A stretch of DNA of 64,000 nt from Octopus vulgaris (lineage: Eukaryota). The notes beneath the pieces are model-generated. The model was not told the origin of the DNA, did not search any database, and saw only the letters and a program-made list of their open reading frames with translations. Of the stretch, positions 15,155-27,496 are shown in pieces. The stretch spans positions 53,692,001 to 53,756,000 of the forward strand of contig OX597822.1 in NCBI GenBank assembly GCA_951406725.2. The letters run 5' to 3'. Made by a program: the position numbers and the translations under genes. Numbering within the stretch: the first letter of the stretch is position 1; each line of letters starts with the position of its first letter.

Positions 15155-15410
15155 TATTGTTTATAGGGAAATCAAAAATAAAAACAAAAACAGGATAAAC
15201 AACAAAAGTAAAAAGAACATACACAGTGAATGTATTAGATTCACTGTGTATGTCCTTCACTGTGAATGTATCAGAAAAAGTTTAAGACGGAAAAAAGATG
15301 AGGTGACGTATCGCACATGATTCTTTATCAGAAAGAGGAAAGAAGGGAAAAGTCCGGAGAGGTGGAAAAAGATAGTCCAAGAAAAATATGTGTGCTGTTA
15401 CACGGCTGAA
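15155..15410 (-). mobile_element. Diverged copy of the short HHR-bearing PLE derivative
   Basis: Same purine-rich layout as the other copies. The core is decayed (CTGATAA...GATAC at 15305-15333). Confidence 0.45.
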
Positions 15411-15421
15411 AAATAACTGGA

Positions 15422-15459
<38 letters not shown>

Positions 15460-15766
15460 ACTGAAAAATAGCTGGTGTTACATTTTAACGCTCAGTGTCT
15501 AAGTTCAAATAAATGTAAAGTAGGTACCAAGTTGAGTAAGATCTCTTGTTGCTTATAACTGATGGCGAATTAATTAATTTCAAAAGTTGAGTTAAAAGTC
15601 GTTGTATGCTAAACTTAGAAATGACTGGTGTTTAATTTATAGGGAGGGGAAGATATCTCTCGACTTCAAAGGACTGAAGTTGTTGGAGTAAACTCTAACA
15701 CATTGATTCTGTGAGACAGTACAATCTCAGTAATAGACGATGTATAAATGATTGTATATCCATGTA

Positions 15767-16330
15767 TCGTGTTGTACGGAAAGTTCGTGTCGATTTATAG
15801 TAGCTTTCCTTTCGACCTATTTTAGAACATGGTTGAGTTCATAAAATAGGATTTGACTACACCTCCATTTAGAGCACAGTTTAAGCTATCTTTTCGTGGG
15901 AGAAGATTTATGGTCCTATAACCTGTGTTAATTCTGTAACCCTTTAAAATGGAAGATAAGAAAGTTTATTTTGGCACTTGATGCTTTGGGAACCAGACAA
16001 AAATTGCTGCAGCTCGGCTGGGATGTGTTATCCCATCCTCCATATTCACCAGATATTTCTCCTTCAGATTTCTACTTATTCAGGTCTCTGCAGAATAGTC
16101 TTAATGGTAAAAATTTCAATTCCTTGGATGACGTAAAAAGATACCATGATGAATTCTTTGCCATGAAACCACCTCAATTCTTGGAAGAGGGTATTTTCAA
16201 GTTAAAGGAAAGATGGAGACGCATTATGCAATAAAATTGTTCATATTTGGTTGATTAAAAATGTAATGGCAAGTATTTATTGACCTTTTCTTTCCTTTAA
16301 AAATCGGCACGAACTTTCCAGACAACCCAA
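15767..16330 (+). mobile_element. Internally deleted mariner transposon
   Basis: Imperfect TIRs (TCGTGTTGTACGGAAAGTTCGTGTCGATTT / AAATCGGCACGAACTTTCCAGACAACCCAA) with TA flanks. The N-terminus MEDKKVYF is joined to the C-terminal LGWDVLSHPPYSPDISPSDFYLFRSL motif. Confidence 0.88.
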
Positions 16331-17537
16331 TATACCTAGTAGAGAAAGTATTGTACTCTTAGATTCAATATAGCCTGCTGTCTATGTGTGGTTTCAATCA
16401 CAAGAGAAAGACGACTGCTTATTTCCAATAGCAGTTTGTCCCGCTCATCCCATACCATTCCTAAATAAATACACTAGGTGTACTTGTTTCTCTTCCTCAA
16501 CCTACCATTATTGTGTCACTCCTTTCAGACCTTTGTTTTCAGTATTTATCCCCAAGAATTATCTTTAAAACCTTTCCCTGCATATTTACACTTAGTGTAA
16601 GGCTTTATCTTTATCGGAGTGCTCGAGAAGTTAAGTAGATGATGCGCCGAATATAACAATTAACAAGAAGTCCAGTAAAAAATATTCATACTGTAAAATC
16701 AAACTTGTGTCACAGACACAGCGAGCCAGGAGTTTCCCTAAAACTTTAAAGCGATTGAACTCCAGCAACTAAATCCGTTGCAGGCTTAACATCACCTGAC
16801 ACTTTGAATACCTTTACTGCATCCCGCTCTGATACATGCCGGCCAGATCTTTGATCTGAGGATAACTTCCTCTTTTCCTCTAACAAGTCACGAAGATTCT
16901 GAGAAAGTTCATGAGTGTTACCCTTTCTTTGAATAACCCCTTAAAATATCGGAATTTTTTTCTCCAGTCCAGGTTTTTACCATATTCTAAGAAAACATGA
17001 TCTCTCCAATATATATGTAGAGAGAAAGAGAGAACGAAAGGGGAAGCCTTAGTAATGCCATGGACACTGACATATCCTTGACATTAATCAATCATAAAAA
17101 AATAATCAAATATTCTTTATTACTTTCTTAATCTATTTGACAGTAAACCAGTGTAGAGCGGGAGATGGCATTTAGAACTGTTCACATGTTACGCAATTGA
17201 TTTTTTTCTACCGTTATCTGAATTCTCTCCGGTGATTTTTTTCCGGGTCATATTTTATCTTTCGTACTGACAATTACATGTCAGATATCATAACACGTAA
17301 AGGTTGGCACAGCGATTCTACAGCGAAGTATCAGAAATGTAGAGCACTAAGGTAAATCTATTTCAACAATAGCTTCCACGTCTTTACGTTCTGAATTCAA
17401 ATCACACATCACTAATTAATGAACATTTTAATTATCTTTCATCCATAAAGCAGCAGTAATATACCAATCTCTGTGAAATGTCTATATTCCTCAACCAAAA
17501 TTACTCTTTGATTTAATTACGAAATCAATAAATATCA

Positions 17538-17700
17538 TAGGCATGGCAGCGTAGTTAAGAAATTCGCTTCGCAATCACATGATTTCGAGTTCAGTTCCAC
17601 AGCACACCACCTAGAGCAAGTGTCATATACTATAGCCATGAGACGACCAATGCCTTATAAGTGAATTTAGTAACCAGAAACTATAAGGAAGCCCATAGTA
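17538..17700 (+). mobile_element. Family-A SINE head
   Basis: Homologous to the head of the complete copy at 37864-38264. Ends in (TA)n. Confidence 0.7.
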
Positions 17701-17701
17701 A

Positions 17702-17754
<53 letters not shown>

Positions 17755-17755
<1 letters not shown>

Positions 17756-18702
17756 ATATAATTATAATTAGGGTTCAGCTAATTGCTTCACCTCATAACG
17801 AATTTAGAAATAGGAGTTAAAATTCCTTTTCTGCTACTATAAGAATCTCCATGACGGTAAACAAACTTTTTTACGAAGGCAAAGAGAAAAACGATGAATC
17901 AACACGACCAGGATTAATTATATAGACGTTTCGAGATTAAAGGGATTTAAATTTTACTTACTTCTCTCTTCAGTATAATATTTCCAATTTATAAAATTTG
18001 AAAGTGCTAGGGCTGAATATGCACACAATCAAGCGACATCATGTAACAGATATCCAACCAACACTTCCAAAATTTACAGAGCCGAATGTGAATACACTAT
18101 TCAAACTCTATACCCACGTGTGTGCTACGAGCAATACCGCAGAAAACTGCAGTATTCTATCATGGAGTAAATTATAATTTTAAATTAATAATAGAAGAGT
18201 AAAATTTATTAATTAAATTGATTAATTGATTAATCAATTAATTAATAATTTTACCAAGTAGATCGGTACGTTAAAATAACCGTAATAGGTAAAATTCACC
18301 ACATAATTATAATTAGGATTCAGCTAATTGCTTCATCACATACCGAATTTAGAAATAGGAATTAAAATTCCTTTTCTGCTACTATAAGGATCTCCATGAC
18401 GGCAAACATGACGGTAAATCACTTTAATCTCGAAACGCCTATATAATTAATCCTGGTCGTGTTGATTCATTGCTTTTCCCTTTGCCTTCGTTATGGAGAT
18501 TCTTATAGTAGCAGAAAAGGAATTTTAACTCCTATTTCTAAATTCGGTATGTGGTGAAACAATTAGCTGAAACTTAATTATAATTATGTGGATAATTTTA
18601 CCTATAAAGGTTATTTTAACGTACCGATCTACTTGGTAAAATTATTAATTAATTGATTAATTAATTAATTAATTTAATAAATTTTACCCTTCTATTATTA
18701 AT
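17755..18702. mobile_element. PLE pseudo-LTR array (direct plus inverted copies) with hammerhead
   Basis: The block at 17755-17858 is repeated directly at 18302-18405. 18186-18400 is inverted at 18492-18702. A hammerhead lies on the minus strand at 17917-17979. Confidence 0.7.
17917..17979 (-). ncRNA. Type I minimal hammerhead ribozyme
   Basis: ATTATA-CTGAAGA-GAGA...TCTC-GAAA-CGTC-TA-TATAAT. Core intact, 6-bp stem I. Confidence 0.7.
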
Positions 18703-18719
18703 GTATATACATGTATATA

Positions 18720-18871
18720 TAGGAGAGTTTACGAAAAAAACAAAAGACGAAGACAGGTGGTGTAGAAAACAAACAGATGTATTAGTATAACGCTCAGGAA
18801 TAGAAAAAGTATTTTACGTTTCGATCCTACGCTCTTCTACAGAAAGTGACACAGAAAAAAGCAAGGAGAGA

Positions 18872-18875
<4 letters not shown>
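18720..18875 (-). mobile_element. Short HHR-type PLE derivative (decayed core CTGTAGA)
   Basis: Closely similar to 35915-36070. Confidence 0.6.
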
Positions 18876-18926
<51 letters not shown>

Positions 18927-18957
18927 GGAGTTAACGCAGGTGTAAACAAATATTTTT

Positions 18958-19043
18958 ACTTTCGACACATGTTTCGAAAATTCCACTGATACTATTCAAA
19001 AGAATAAAGGGTATAAACAATGCAATCTTCTCCTCGGGAAAGT
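18958..19043 (-). ncRNA. Hammerhead ribozyme with one core substitution (CCGAGGA) and long stem II
   Basis: ACTTTC-CCGAGGA-GAAGATT...AATTTTC-GAAA-CATGTG-TC-GAAAGT. Confidence 0.55.
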
Positions 19044-19734
19044 GAAAAAAACGAAACTCGTCAATAAGACATTTTAGCAAAAAATGATGGATTCGTATAG
19101 CGATAGACAGAACGCTATTAATATTGTTTAAAAAAACGTTATATGATATAACGTCATAAGTAGCTAACAGAAAGAGTAAGGATATTAATAGTGAATGTTA
19201 AATATAAAGGAAATTAAAGTTTAAATTATATATAATGATAGAGACTACTTATATGCACTAAATGTATGTTTTTGCCAATGCTTACATCTGTATGCTCGTT
19301 CTATAACAAAAATGAGTAAAGAAAAATAATTCTGAGTGGCCAGTGGCATTTATATGAACAACATAGGCAGACACAGGAATTTTAAGTAACATACAACATA
19401 GAACATAAATCAAAATCATCGCCGCCTCTAGAGGATGTGTCACAATTACCAAATGACAATTGAGAACAGCTTTATATGAGAAGGGGAGGCAACCTCAAGA
19501 ATCTAAAATTGGCATACTATTAAAGAAAAAAGGACAGGCTTATAAGATAAAAGTACAATCGTAGACGCGTATGTCTCCCTCCATAGGCGTCGTCAGCATG
19601 ACAATTATTTTACCCTATCACCAGTGGCCATGTGACATAGACATATAAAAAAATGAGTAGAACACATGACCTACGCATCTTGCATAATTTGAACAAAGAA
19701 TGAGCTAAGAGAAATTACTCAGTGTGGCCAGTGA

Positions 19735-19832
19735 CAAGCCTAGTACTTATTCTACCGATATCTTTTGCCGAACCGCTAAGTAAAAACACAACATCGGTTG
19801 TCAAGCGATGGTAGGGAGACAAGCACAGACAT

Positions 19833-19927
<95 letters not shown>

Positions 19928-20138
19928 ATCCAAACATGAAAACACAAAGAGAAAACACAACAACGTGAGGACGTGGAACAAGTATAGTGTTATTGGATGC
20001 TCAGGAAAGGAAAGAAAGAATGAGGATTTAACGTTTCGAGCGGAGCTCTTCGTCAGAAACATAGGAAAAGGAATGATCCAAGGAAGGGAAGACGAAGGGA
20101 AAAAAATCGCCAACGATACACACGCGGTCACATATTGA

Positions 20139-20208
<70 letters not shown>

Positions 20209-20356
20209 GACGAGCTTTTTTCGGTGTCCGTCTACCAAATCCACTCAGCCCGAGGTTTTAGTAGAAGACACTTGCCCAAGGTGCCACACAGTGGGACTGA
20301 ACACGGAACCATGTGGCTGGGAAGCAAGCTTCTTACTACACAGTCACGCCTGCGCC
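19735..20356 (-). mobile_element. Family-A SINE split by an HHR element inserted in its internal microsatellite
   Basis: Tail at 19735-19860 and head at 20205-20356 both match 37864-38264. Confidence 0.75.
19922..20137 (-). mobile_element. Short PLE-derived element with intact minimal hammerhead (20027-20060)
   Basis: Minus strand GTTT-CTGACGA-A-GAGC-TCC-GCTC-GAAA-CGTT-AAA, with palindromic AACGTT at stem III. Abuts (TA)n. Confidence 0.75.
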
Positions 20357-20389
20357 AGACAACATTAATTCTTACATTATTAAAATCAT

Positions 20390-20605
20390 GAAGACGGCTA
20401 TCTGGTAGAATCGTTAGCAGGCTTGAAAAATGCTTAGGGGCATTTCGTCCGTCTCTACGTTCTGAGTTTAAATTCCACCAAGGTCGACTTTGCTTGTCAT
20501 CCTTTAAGGATCGATAAAATAAGTACCAGCTGAGTACTGAGGTCGATGTAACCGACTTATTCCTACTCTGAAATTTTTGGCCTTGTGCCAAAATTTGAAA
20601 GCAGT
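20390..20605 (+). mobile_element. Family-B (Deu/Nin-domain-like) SINE
   Basis: Matches 61250-61484 in reverse. Contains GTCGACTTTGC..TCATCCTTT..GATCGATAAAATAAGTACC. Confidence 0.75.
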
Positions 20606-21195
20606 TCATTATGACCACTCCGCCTCTAGAGGATTGTCACAATTTAAAAGATGGCATTTAAGACCCGCTTCATTTCCAGTAGCTTAAGCGATCTTATAGT
20701 CAAGCCCTCGCTGGTTCAGCCAGTTTTTACTTACAGTTGTAGAGATCAAGCCAGCAAGGGAGTCTCTATGTTGTTGCCGCTCGATATGCTGAGAATAATT
20801 GTCTAATCATCATTTATTTCAAAAAGAAAAAAACCCTATTGCCCTTAATACGGGAAACAAAGAACCTTTATCTTTCATGTCTTACTGGTTTTACTGCTCT
20901 GTGGCCATGCTAGGGCACCACCTTGACGAGTTTACGCAAACAAATCGACCCCCAGTACTTATTTGTAAATCTGGTACTTATTCTATCGGTTTCAGTTGCC
21001 GAACTGGTAATTTACGAAGATGACCAACACCAGTTGTCAAGCGATGGTAGGGAACAAACACAACACAAAGTACATACACACACATATACACACAGAGACA
21101 CATACATACATAGACACACACACACACACACATACATACACACACATATACACACAGAGACACATACATACATAGACACACACACACACACACAC

Positions 21196-21237
<42 letters not shown>

Positions 21238-21239
<2 letters not shown>

Positions 21240-21636
21240 TAGCAGTATCGCCCGGCGCTGCTCGGGTTTGTAAGGGAAATAACTATATAAGCATTTTTAG
21301 AGAGTTATAGCCAAAAAATAGCAAAAAAATGCATAAAAAATGGAAAAAATATTATGGTAAATTTTTTTTAAATCGTTGACTCATCGTAGACATTTTTAGA
21401 GAGTTACTTCCCTTATATAATAGCGAAAAACATGCATTAAAATGGAAAAAAACGATGGTAATTTTTTTTTTAAATCGTAGACTCATCGTAGACGCGCGCT
21501 AATACCCAGAAAGGCTCGATATGAATCACGACTATAAGATACCCGGTTTTGGTTAAACTGCACCGCAAAATGTGGGAGTAGTTAGGAATCTAAATCGTAG
21601 GAGACAGACACACAACTTGACTTTTATATATAAATA
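21238..21636 (+). mobile_element. Helentron/DINE-like non-autonomous element
   Basis: Starts ACTAGCAG followed by a CCCGG...TCGGG hairpin. Ends ACAGACACACAAC...TTTTATATATA. Inserted in (TA)n. Confidence 0.6.
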
Positions 21637-22122
21637 TATATATATATACTTACACGTAAAATATAGGGTAGTGAATTTTTTAGAAATTTCACTACCACTG
21701 GCCTAGCATGTATAAAAAGTCAATAGACAACATATTCTCAATATAAAATAGTGTACATTTAAACACAAGAGAAAACTGCCTTCAACAGGCAGTTTTTACA
21801 CGCTAGAAGTAGTTAAAACTGCTAAAACCACATTTAAGAGCAATCTTCAATAGGAATGAAGAATATAAACTTTTACCTTGTTATTTTAATCCAGTCAGAC
21901 CTAGGTTTCTAAATTTTTTTAGCAAATAAAATAATTTGCTAAGCGAAAATTTTCATCAATGACCGCGCCGTAACACTAACATATAATTAAGAGACGAATA
22001 ACAGGTGTCTCATCGTTATACATTATAATTTTTCAAATTCACCGCGCAAGCGCAGTTTCAGTCGGCGGTGAATTTGTGTTTAAATGTACACTATTTTATA
22101 TATACTTACATATATATATATA

Positions 22123-22528
22123 TATTTCTTTATTGCGCACAGGGGGCTAAACACAGAGAGAACAGACAAAGGGATTAAGTCGATTACATCGACTCCAGTG
22201 CGTAACTGGTACTTATTTAATCGACCCCGAAAGAATGAAAAGCAAAGTCGACCACGGCAGAATTTGAACTCAGAACGTAACGGCAGACGAAATACCTATT
22301 TCTTTACTACCCACAAGGGGCTAAACACAGAGAGGACAAACAAGAACAGACAAACGGGTTAAGTCGATTACATCGACCCCAGTGCGTAAGTGGTACTTAA
22401 TTTATCGACCCCGAAAGGATGAAAGGCAAAGTCGACCTCGGCGGAATTTGAACTCAGAACGTAACGGCAGACAAAATACCGCTAAGCATTTCGCCCGACA
22501 TGCTAACGATACTGCCAGCTCGCCGCCC
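22123..22528 (-). mobile_element. Family-B SINE dimer (one head, two bodies)
   Basis: The body is repeated at 22123-22296 and 22297-22479, and the head is at 22480-22528. Confidence 0.85.
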
Positions 22529-22612
22529 TCTTATGCATATATATATACTTACTATTATATATATGCATACTTACATATGCGTGTGTGTGTGTGTGCGCGT
22601 GTGTGTGTGTGT

Positions 22613-22651
<39 letters not shown>

Positions 22652-22652
<1 letters not shown>

Positions 22653-22880
22653 GGTGTTGCACTCACGATCGTGGTGCGTTGGGTTCTTGAGCAAAACACT
22701 TCATTTCACTAGTTACTCTAGTCCCCACATTCGATCAGGCGAGAATGTTGACCTACTCGCCTAGCCAGCCGGGTGACGTCGTTCGAAGGCTAAAACGATT
22801 CAAAGTGCACTGTGACTAATGATGTGTAACAACTTCTGATTACCTGAGTGGTCACGTGGTCACGTGGTCATGTGGTCATA
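22652..22880 (+). mobile_element. tRNA/CORE-like SINE with (GGTCACGT)n tail; the same tail recurs at 25415-25535
   Basis: Contains TTCTTGAGCAAAACACTT, and the tail matches 25415-25535. Confidence 0.55.
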
Positions 22881-23544
22881 TATACATACGACAGGCTTCT
22901 TTCAGTTTCCGCTCACCAAATCCATTCACAAGGTTTTGATTGCCCCAAGCCTACAGTAGAAGACACTTGCCAAGTGCAACGCAGTGAGGCAAACCCAAGA
23001 TATGGAGCACTTTTGATCATGGGTTTGTTCAAATTGTGTTGCCTTAGAGCTGAGCAACAAAAAGAGTTGTAAAAGCCAGTCAGACAGATTATCTAAGATG
23101 CGGTAACTTTTATGGAATGTTTGATGTTAAATCTTCAGTGTTAGTATTTTGGTAATAATTAAGTACTTGTAACTATAATCACCGATGCAATTAACTAATT
23201 ATCAAACGTCTACACAGTAATTTTGATAATGATATTGCCTTCATCAAGGAATTAATTGAAGCCATAAATCGAAATCTTGTAAATTTTTGAACCGTGAAAA
23301 AAATGTTAAAATTTGTCAAAATACCAATACTTGACTTAATCAATAATTGCTGTTTGATCACCATTAACACACTACACCTCTTCCCTTTCATTCAGGTACA
23401 CACACAGACACACACACACACACACACATTGATTGCCATTTTCACAACACACACACATACGTACATAGATACATACATACATACATACATACATACATAC
23501 ATACATACATACATACATACATACATACATACATACATACATAC

Positions 23545-24110
23545 AAGGTTGTGCAAAAGTAAAACTGAAGACATCAACCACATTATTACCAACAGCGAGA
23601 GAATGTGTTTTAGATACAGTGGTTAAAACAATCTGGAATAGAACAAGAAAAATAAAGTAAGTACAAGCTGACAAAGTTGACTACATTTAACCGAGGGTTA
23701 AAAGAATATTAATTAAAATAGTTTTAATTTTTAAGTGGAACTTAAAAGTTAAAACTGCCACGAAGTTAAAACAATTGGCTAGATATCGTTGCGTGGGACC
23801 ACAAAGAAACTATATACCTTGCTGTGGAAATCAGCTGCCTTCTGGACACCAATACGGTCATAAAAATGCAGGAGAAAGAGAACGTTTATCGACCCTCGAT
23901 AAGGGGTTTGCAAATCCAGTACCCAGGGTACGCTTTCAGATTCATATCTGCTATCATTTGAATAACTTACTACGTTCCAACCTGTCTGGAGCAATGTATG
24001 GCTGAACTTGGGTCGTTGAGGGAGGGAATGCAACTCTTCAGTTCATACTCTGCACCTAATCTCGAGATCTGGAACGAAAAAAAATCTACAATAATATCTA
24101 AATATTTAAT
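23545..24110 (+). pseudogene. R4/Dong-clade non-LTR retrotransposon 3' fragment (zinc knuckle plus restriction-like endonuclease)
   Basis: RLCKSKTEDINHIITNS (decayed CCHC), then WNLKVKTATKLK..LDIVAWDHKETIYLAVEISCLLDTN...EKENVY...LQIQYPGYAFRFISAII, matching the PD..(D/E) RLE pattern. Confidence 0.7.
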
Positions 24111-24483
24111 AGAAGATGAAGAAAAATGCTTTCCTTCATAACCTTACTACCAAGCAGGTGGCTGGTCAGAATTAACGTTTATCTATTATCTTTTACTTGT
24201 TTCAGTCACTAAGTTGCGTCCATGCTGGGGCACTGCCTTCAAGAACTTTTAATCGAATGAATCGACCGCAGTAGTTATTTATTTTAAGCGTGGTATTTAT
24301 TATATCCGTCCCGTCGCCGAGTCGCTATGTTACAGGAACGTAAACACAACAGCGCACTGGTTGTCAAGTGGGGAACATCAACAGACACAAAGACACACGC
24401 ACACACATATACATATTATTCTTTTACTTATTTCAGTCATTTGATTTCACCATGCTGATATATATATATATATATATATTCAT

Positions 24484-25351
24484 ACAAGCTGACGTACCCG
24501 GTAATTCCCGGGAAAGCGGAGCTTATCCCTTGGTTCCAATCTCATAATTGTTTCGCTAATCCAATAACAACAATACAAAATATGTAGCCCTTAAAACGGT
24601 TTTCGTACATTTACAGAGAATACCAAAGTGTCTTACACAGGATCTTGTTTTAAGGAATTCCCAATAAGTTATGAATACCCAAATTGTAAAGTCAGTTATG
24701 TAATAACATGAAATTAGTTACCTGATAATAAAAATTCAAATAAAGTAGCCCCGAAAAGGGCTTTAATGCGTTCTCGGGGTATATAGAACTTAGGAAGAAA
24801 TACTAATAAGGTATATATACTAAAATCGTAAAGCATGTTACGTAATAACAGGCTAATCAGATAGGAGATAATATGAATTCAAAGTAAATAACTCTGAAAT
24901 GGGCTTTTGTGCGTTCCCAGAGAGTATTACCCTCAGCGGCGCAAGTGTTGGCGTATTTGTGAATATGTCACTAACCGAAATAAGTGGATCTATTGTTTAG
25001 GAAAATTCCATTTACTTGTTTAAGAGTTGTACTGGATAAATTGCGAAAATGATTCTAATAGTTCAAATACTAAGAAATAAGCATACTCAGTTTGATTTAT
25101 ACCGAATGATTTAGGAAAATGAATGGGTTATTTCCCTTGGCTGTTGAAATGAAATATATTAGATATATATGAGGATCCCTTCCAGGGGCCCTATTATCGA
25201 TTTTTTTTTCAACATTCTGAGTATGCCATGAGGTTTCCAGATGTGAGTTCTACTCACGTGTCAAGTTTCATCAAAATCGATAAAATGATGTAGGAGTAGT
25301 TAGCTAACAACTCCACAAACACACCCACAGACAGAATTTCCCTCATATGTA

Positions 25352-25355
<4 letters not shown>
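24484..25355 (+). mobile_element. Helentron/DINE-like non-autonomous element
   Basis: ACAAGC start with a CCCGG-TAATTC-CCGGG hairpin. The 3' part AAGTTTCATCAAAATCG...GTAGGAGTAGTTAG...ACAGACAGA resembles the end of 21238-21636. Confidence 0.55.
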
Positions 25356-25414
<59 letters not shown>

Positions 25415-25541
25415 TGCCTGCTCACTTAGCCAGCGGGCTGGTGTCATATGAAGGCAAAAACAATGCGAAGCGCATTGTGACCAGCGATGTGTAGCAACAT
25501 CTGATAGACTGTTCGGTCACGGTGATCACGGTGATATATAT

Positions 25542-25920
25542 ATATCAGAGTAATGGCGCTAAGCAGTGTTTACGTATAATCACAATTTAGGTTAGTTGCT
25601 AAAGGTAAATACACTGCAATTACCGTGGAGCAAAAATCTCTCTTATGATAAAATAGTGAGAAAATATCCAGTTCTTTCAGTGTCGCCCTCTCTCGGGGAT
25701 CTCAGTAAACTCGAAATATCGATGTCTGAGACTCCCGAGAGAGGGCAACACTGAACGAACTGGGTGTTTTCACACCTTTTAACCATGAGATATGATATTT
25801 TTTTCTCCACAGTAATTGCAATGTATTTGCCTTTAGCAGTTGAAATATGTGACAAACCTATTTCAATTAACCTAAATCGTGATTATGCGTAAACACTGCT
25901 TAGCGCCATTACTCCGATAT
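25542..25920. repeat. Foldback element (~160/190 bp arms) with a further direct copy of the right arm at 26047-26215
   Basis: CAGAGTAATGGCGCTAAGCAGTGTTTACG... versus ...CGTAAACACTGCTTAGCGCCATTACTCCG. ORFs 25643-25855 and 25974-26195 are near-identical. Confidence 0.8.
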
Positions 25921-26219
25921 TTTTTCTCGATTGAGCGATTTACTAGCGCAAATCAGTCAATGTGTTGTATGACTTATATAAAGCTATAAGCTTTATTCAG
26001 CTCGTTCAGAGTTGCTTCTCTTAGGTACATCTCATCGACAAGAGTCACTAAACTCGAAACATCGATGTTTGAAATTCCCGCGAGAGGGCGACACTGGACG
26101 AATTGGGTATTTTCACACCGTTTTACCATAAGAGAGATTTTTTTCTCCACATTAACTGCAGTGTATTTGCCTGTAGCAGTTAAAATATGAGACAAACTTA
26201 TTTCAACTACCTATATTGG

Positions 26220-26284
<65 letters not shown>

Positions 26285-27147
26285 ACGGAGTTCTTTCGGT
26301 TTCTATATACCAACTCCATTCTCAAGGCCCGAGACTATAATGGAAGGCACTTGCTTACGGTTCCACACAGTGAGACTGAACCCGGAACCATGTGGTTGGT
26401 AAACTTCTTACCACACAGCCACGCCTACGCTTCAAAATTAAAAGAGAAAAAGAAAATACACTTACACAGGGAAGGTAGGTTTTTCAAGCTAAGACAGAGA
26501 CTGGCAAACGTAAACTTTACATATGCAATCTGTCAGTGGAACAGTAAAATATGCAAGACTTTCTTGAAGTTTGGTATGTAATAATTAAAAGTGTTGTTAT
26601 GCAAACTCCAATATGAACCTCCTTTGTTTATTTGTTTGTTCTCTCCTTCAAGAAAGAATGTTAGAAAATGAAAGGACATACATACATTTATACAAGTATA
26701 CAAACATATACGCTTTCTCGGCACAGTAAAATGAGATTAAAATAACTCAAGTGAGTCAATGGCGTGGATTTGATAATTAAGTTAACGGCTGATGTACTGG
26801 AACTTTTTAATGAAATTTTCCTTTTACTTGAAGAAAGAAAACAACGCCCTTATGGTAAATATTAGCAGCTTTCAATGTAAAATAAATTTCAATGTGAAAG
26901 AAATTTTAAGAAATTAAGAATTAATTTCTCAAATCGATTTATATGTTTAGAAGGACAATCTGAACTTTGCATATAAGGGACAACTATGGATATACTTCGG
27001 TTTATTAGACTTCGTCGATAATATATAGTTTAACATGTGGAAAGATTTTTATCGCAATTTTTAAAAACATATCATAATTACGTCATTAGACATTTAACAG
27101 TGTTTCTCTTAATGAAACAGCTGTTAAGCACAATTAAAGTATGAACT

Positions 27148-27405
27148 GTGGAGGCGCGTGGCTTAGTGGTTAGGGTGTCAGCATCATGATCGCAAGATTG
27201 TGGTTTCGATTCCTGGACTGGGTGACGCTTTGTGTTCTTGAGCAAAACACTTCATTTCACGTTGCTCCAGTTCACTCAGCTGGCAAAAATGAGTAACGCA
27301 GCGACGGACTGGCGTCCCGGCCAGCTAGGGAACACATACGCCATTGAAACCGGGAAACCGGACCCATGAGCCTAGCTAGGCTTTAAAAGGGCGCATTTAT
27401 TTTTT
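27148..27405 (+). mobile_element. Family-C tRNA-derived SINE (CORE plus V-domain-like); further copies at 49628-49870 (+) and 55320-55435 (-)
   Basis: Box A TGGCTTAGTGG, box B GGTTTCGATTCC, TTCTTGAGCAAAACAC and GCGACGGACTGGCGTCCC. Confidence 0.8.
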
Positions 27406-27446
27406 TTAAAGTATAAACTATATCTGAAATTTATGCTTCTTGCTTT

Positions 27447-27496
<50 letters not shown>

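Noticed and set aside
27148-27225. tRNA-like sequences (also 49030-49100, 55560-55634, 56136-56205)
   Set aside because: They are SINE heads: no acceptor stem, and they continue into SINE bodies.
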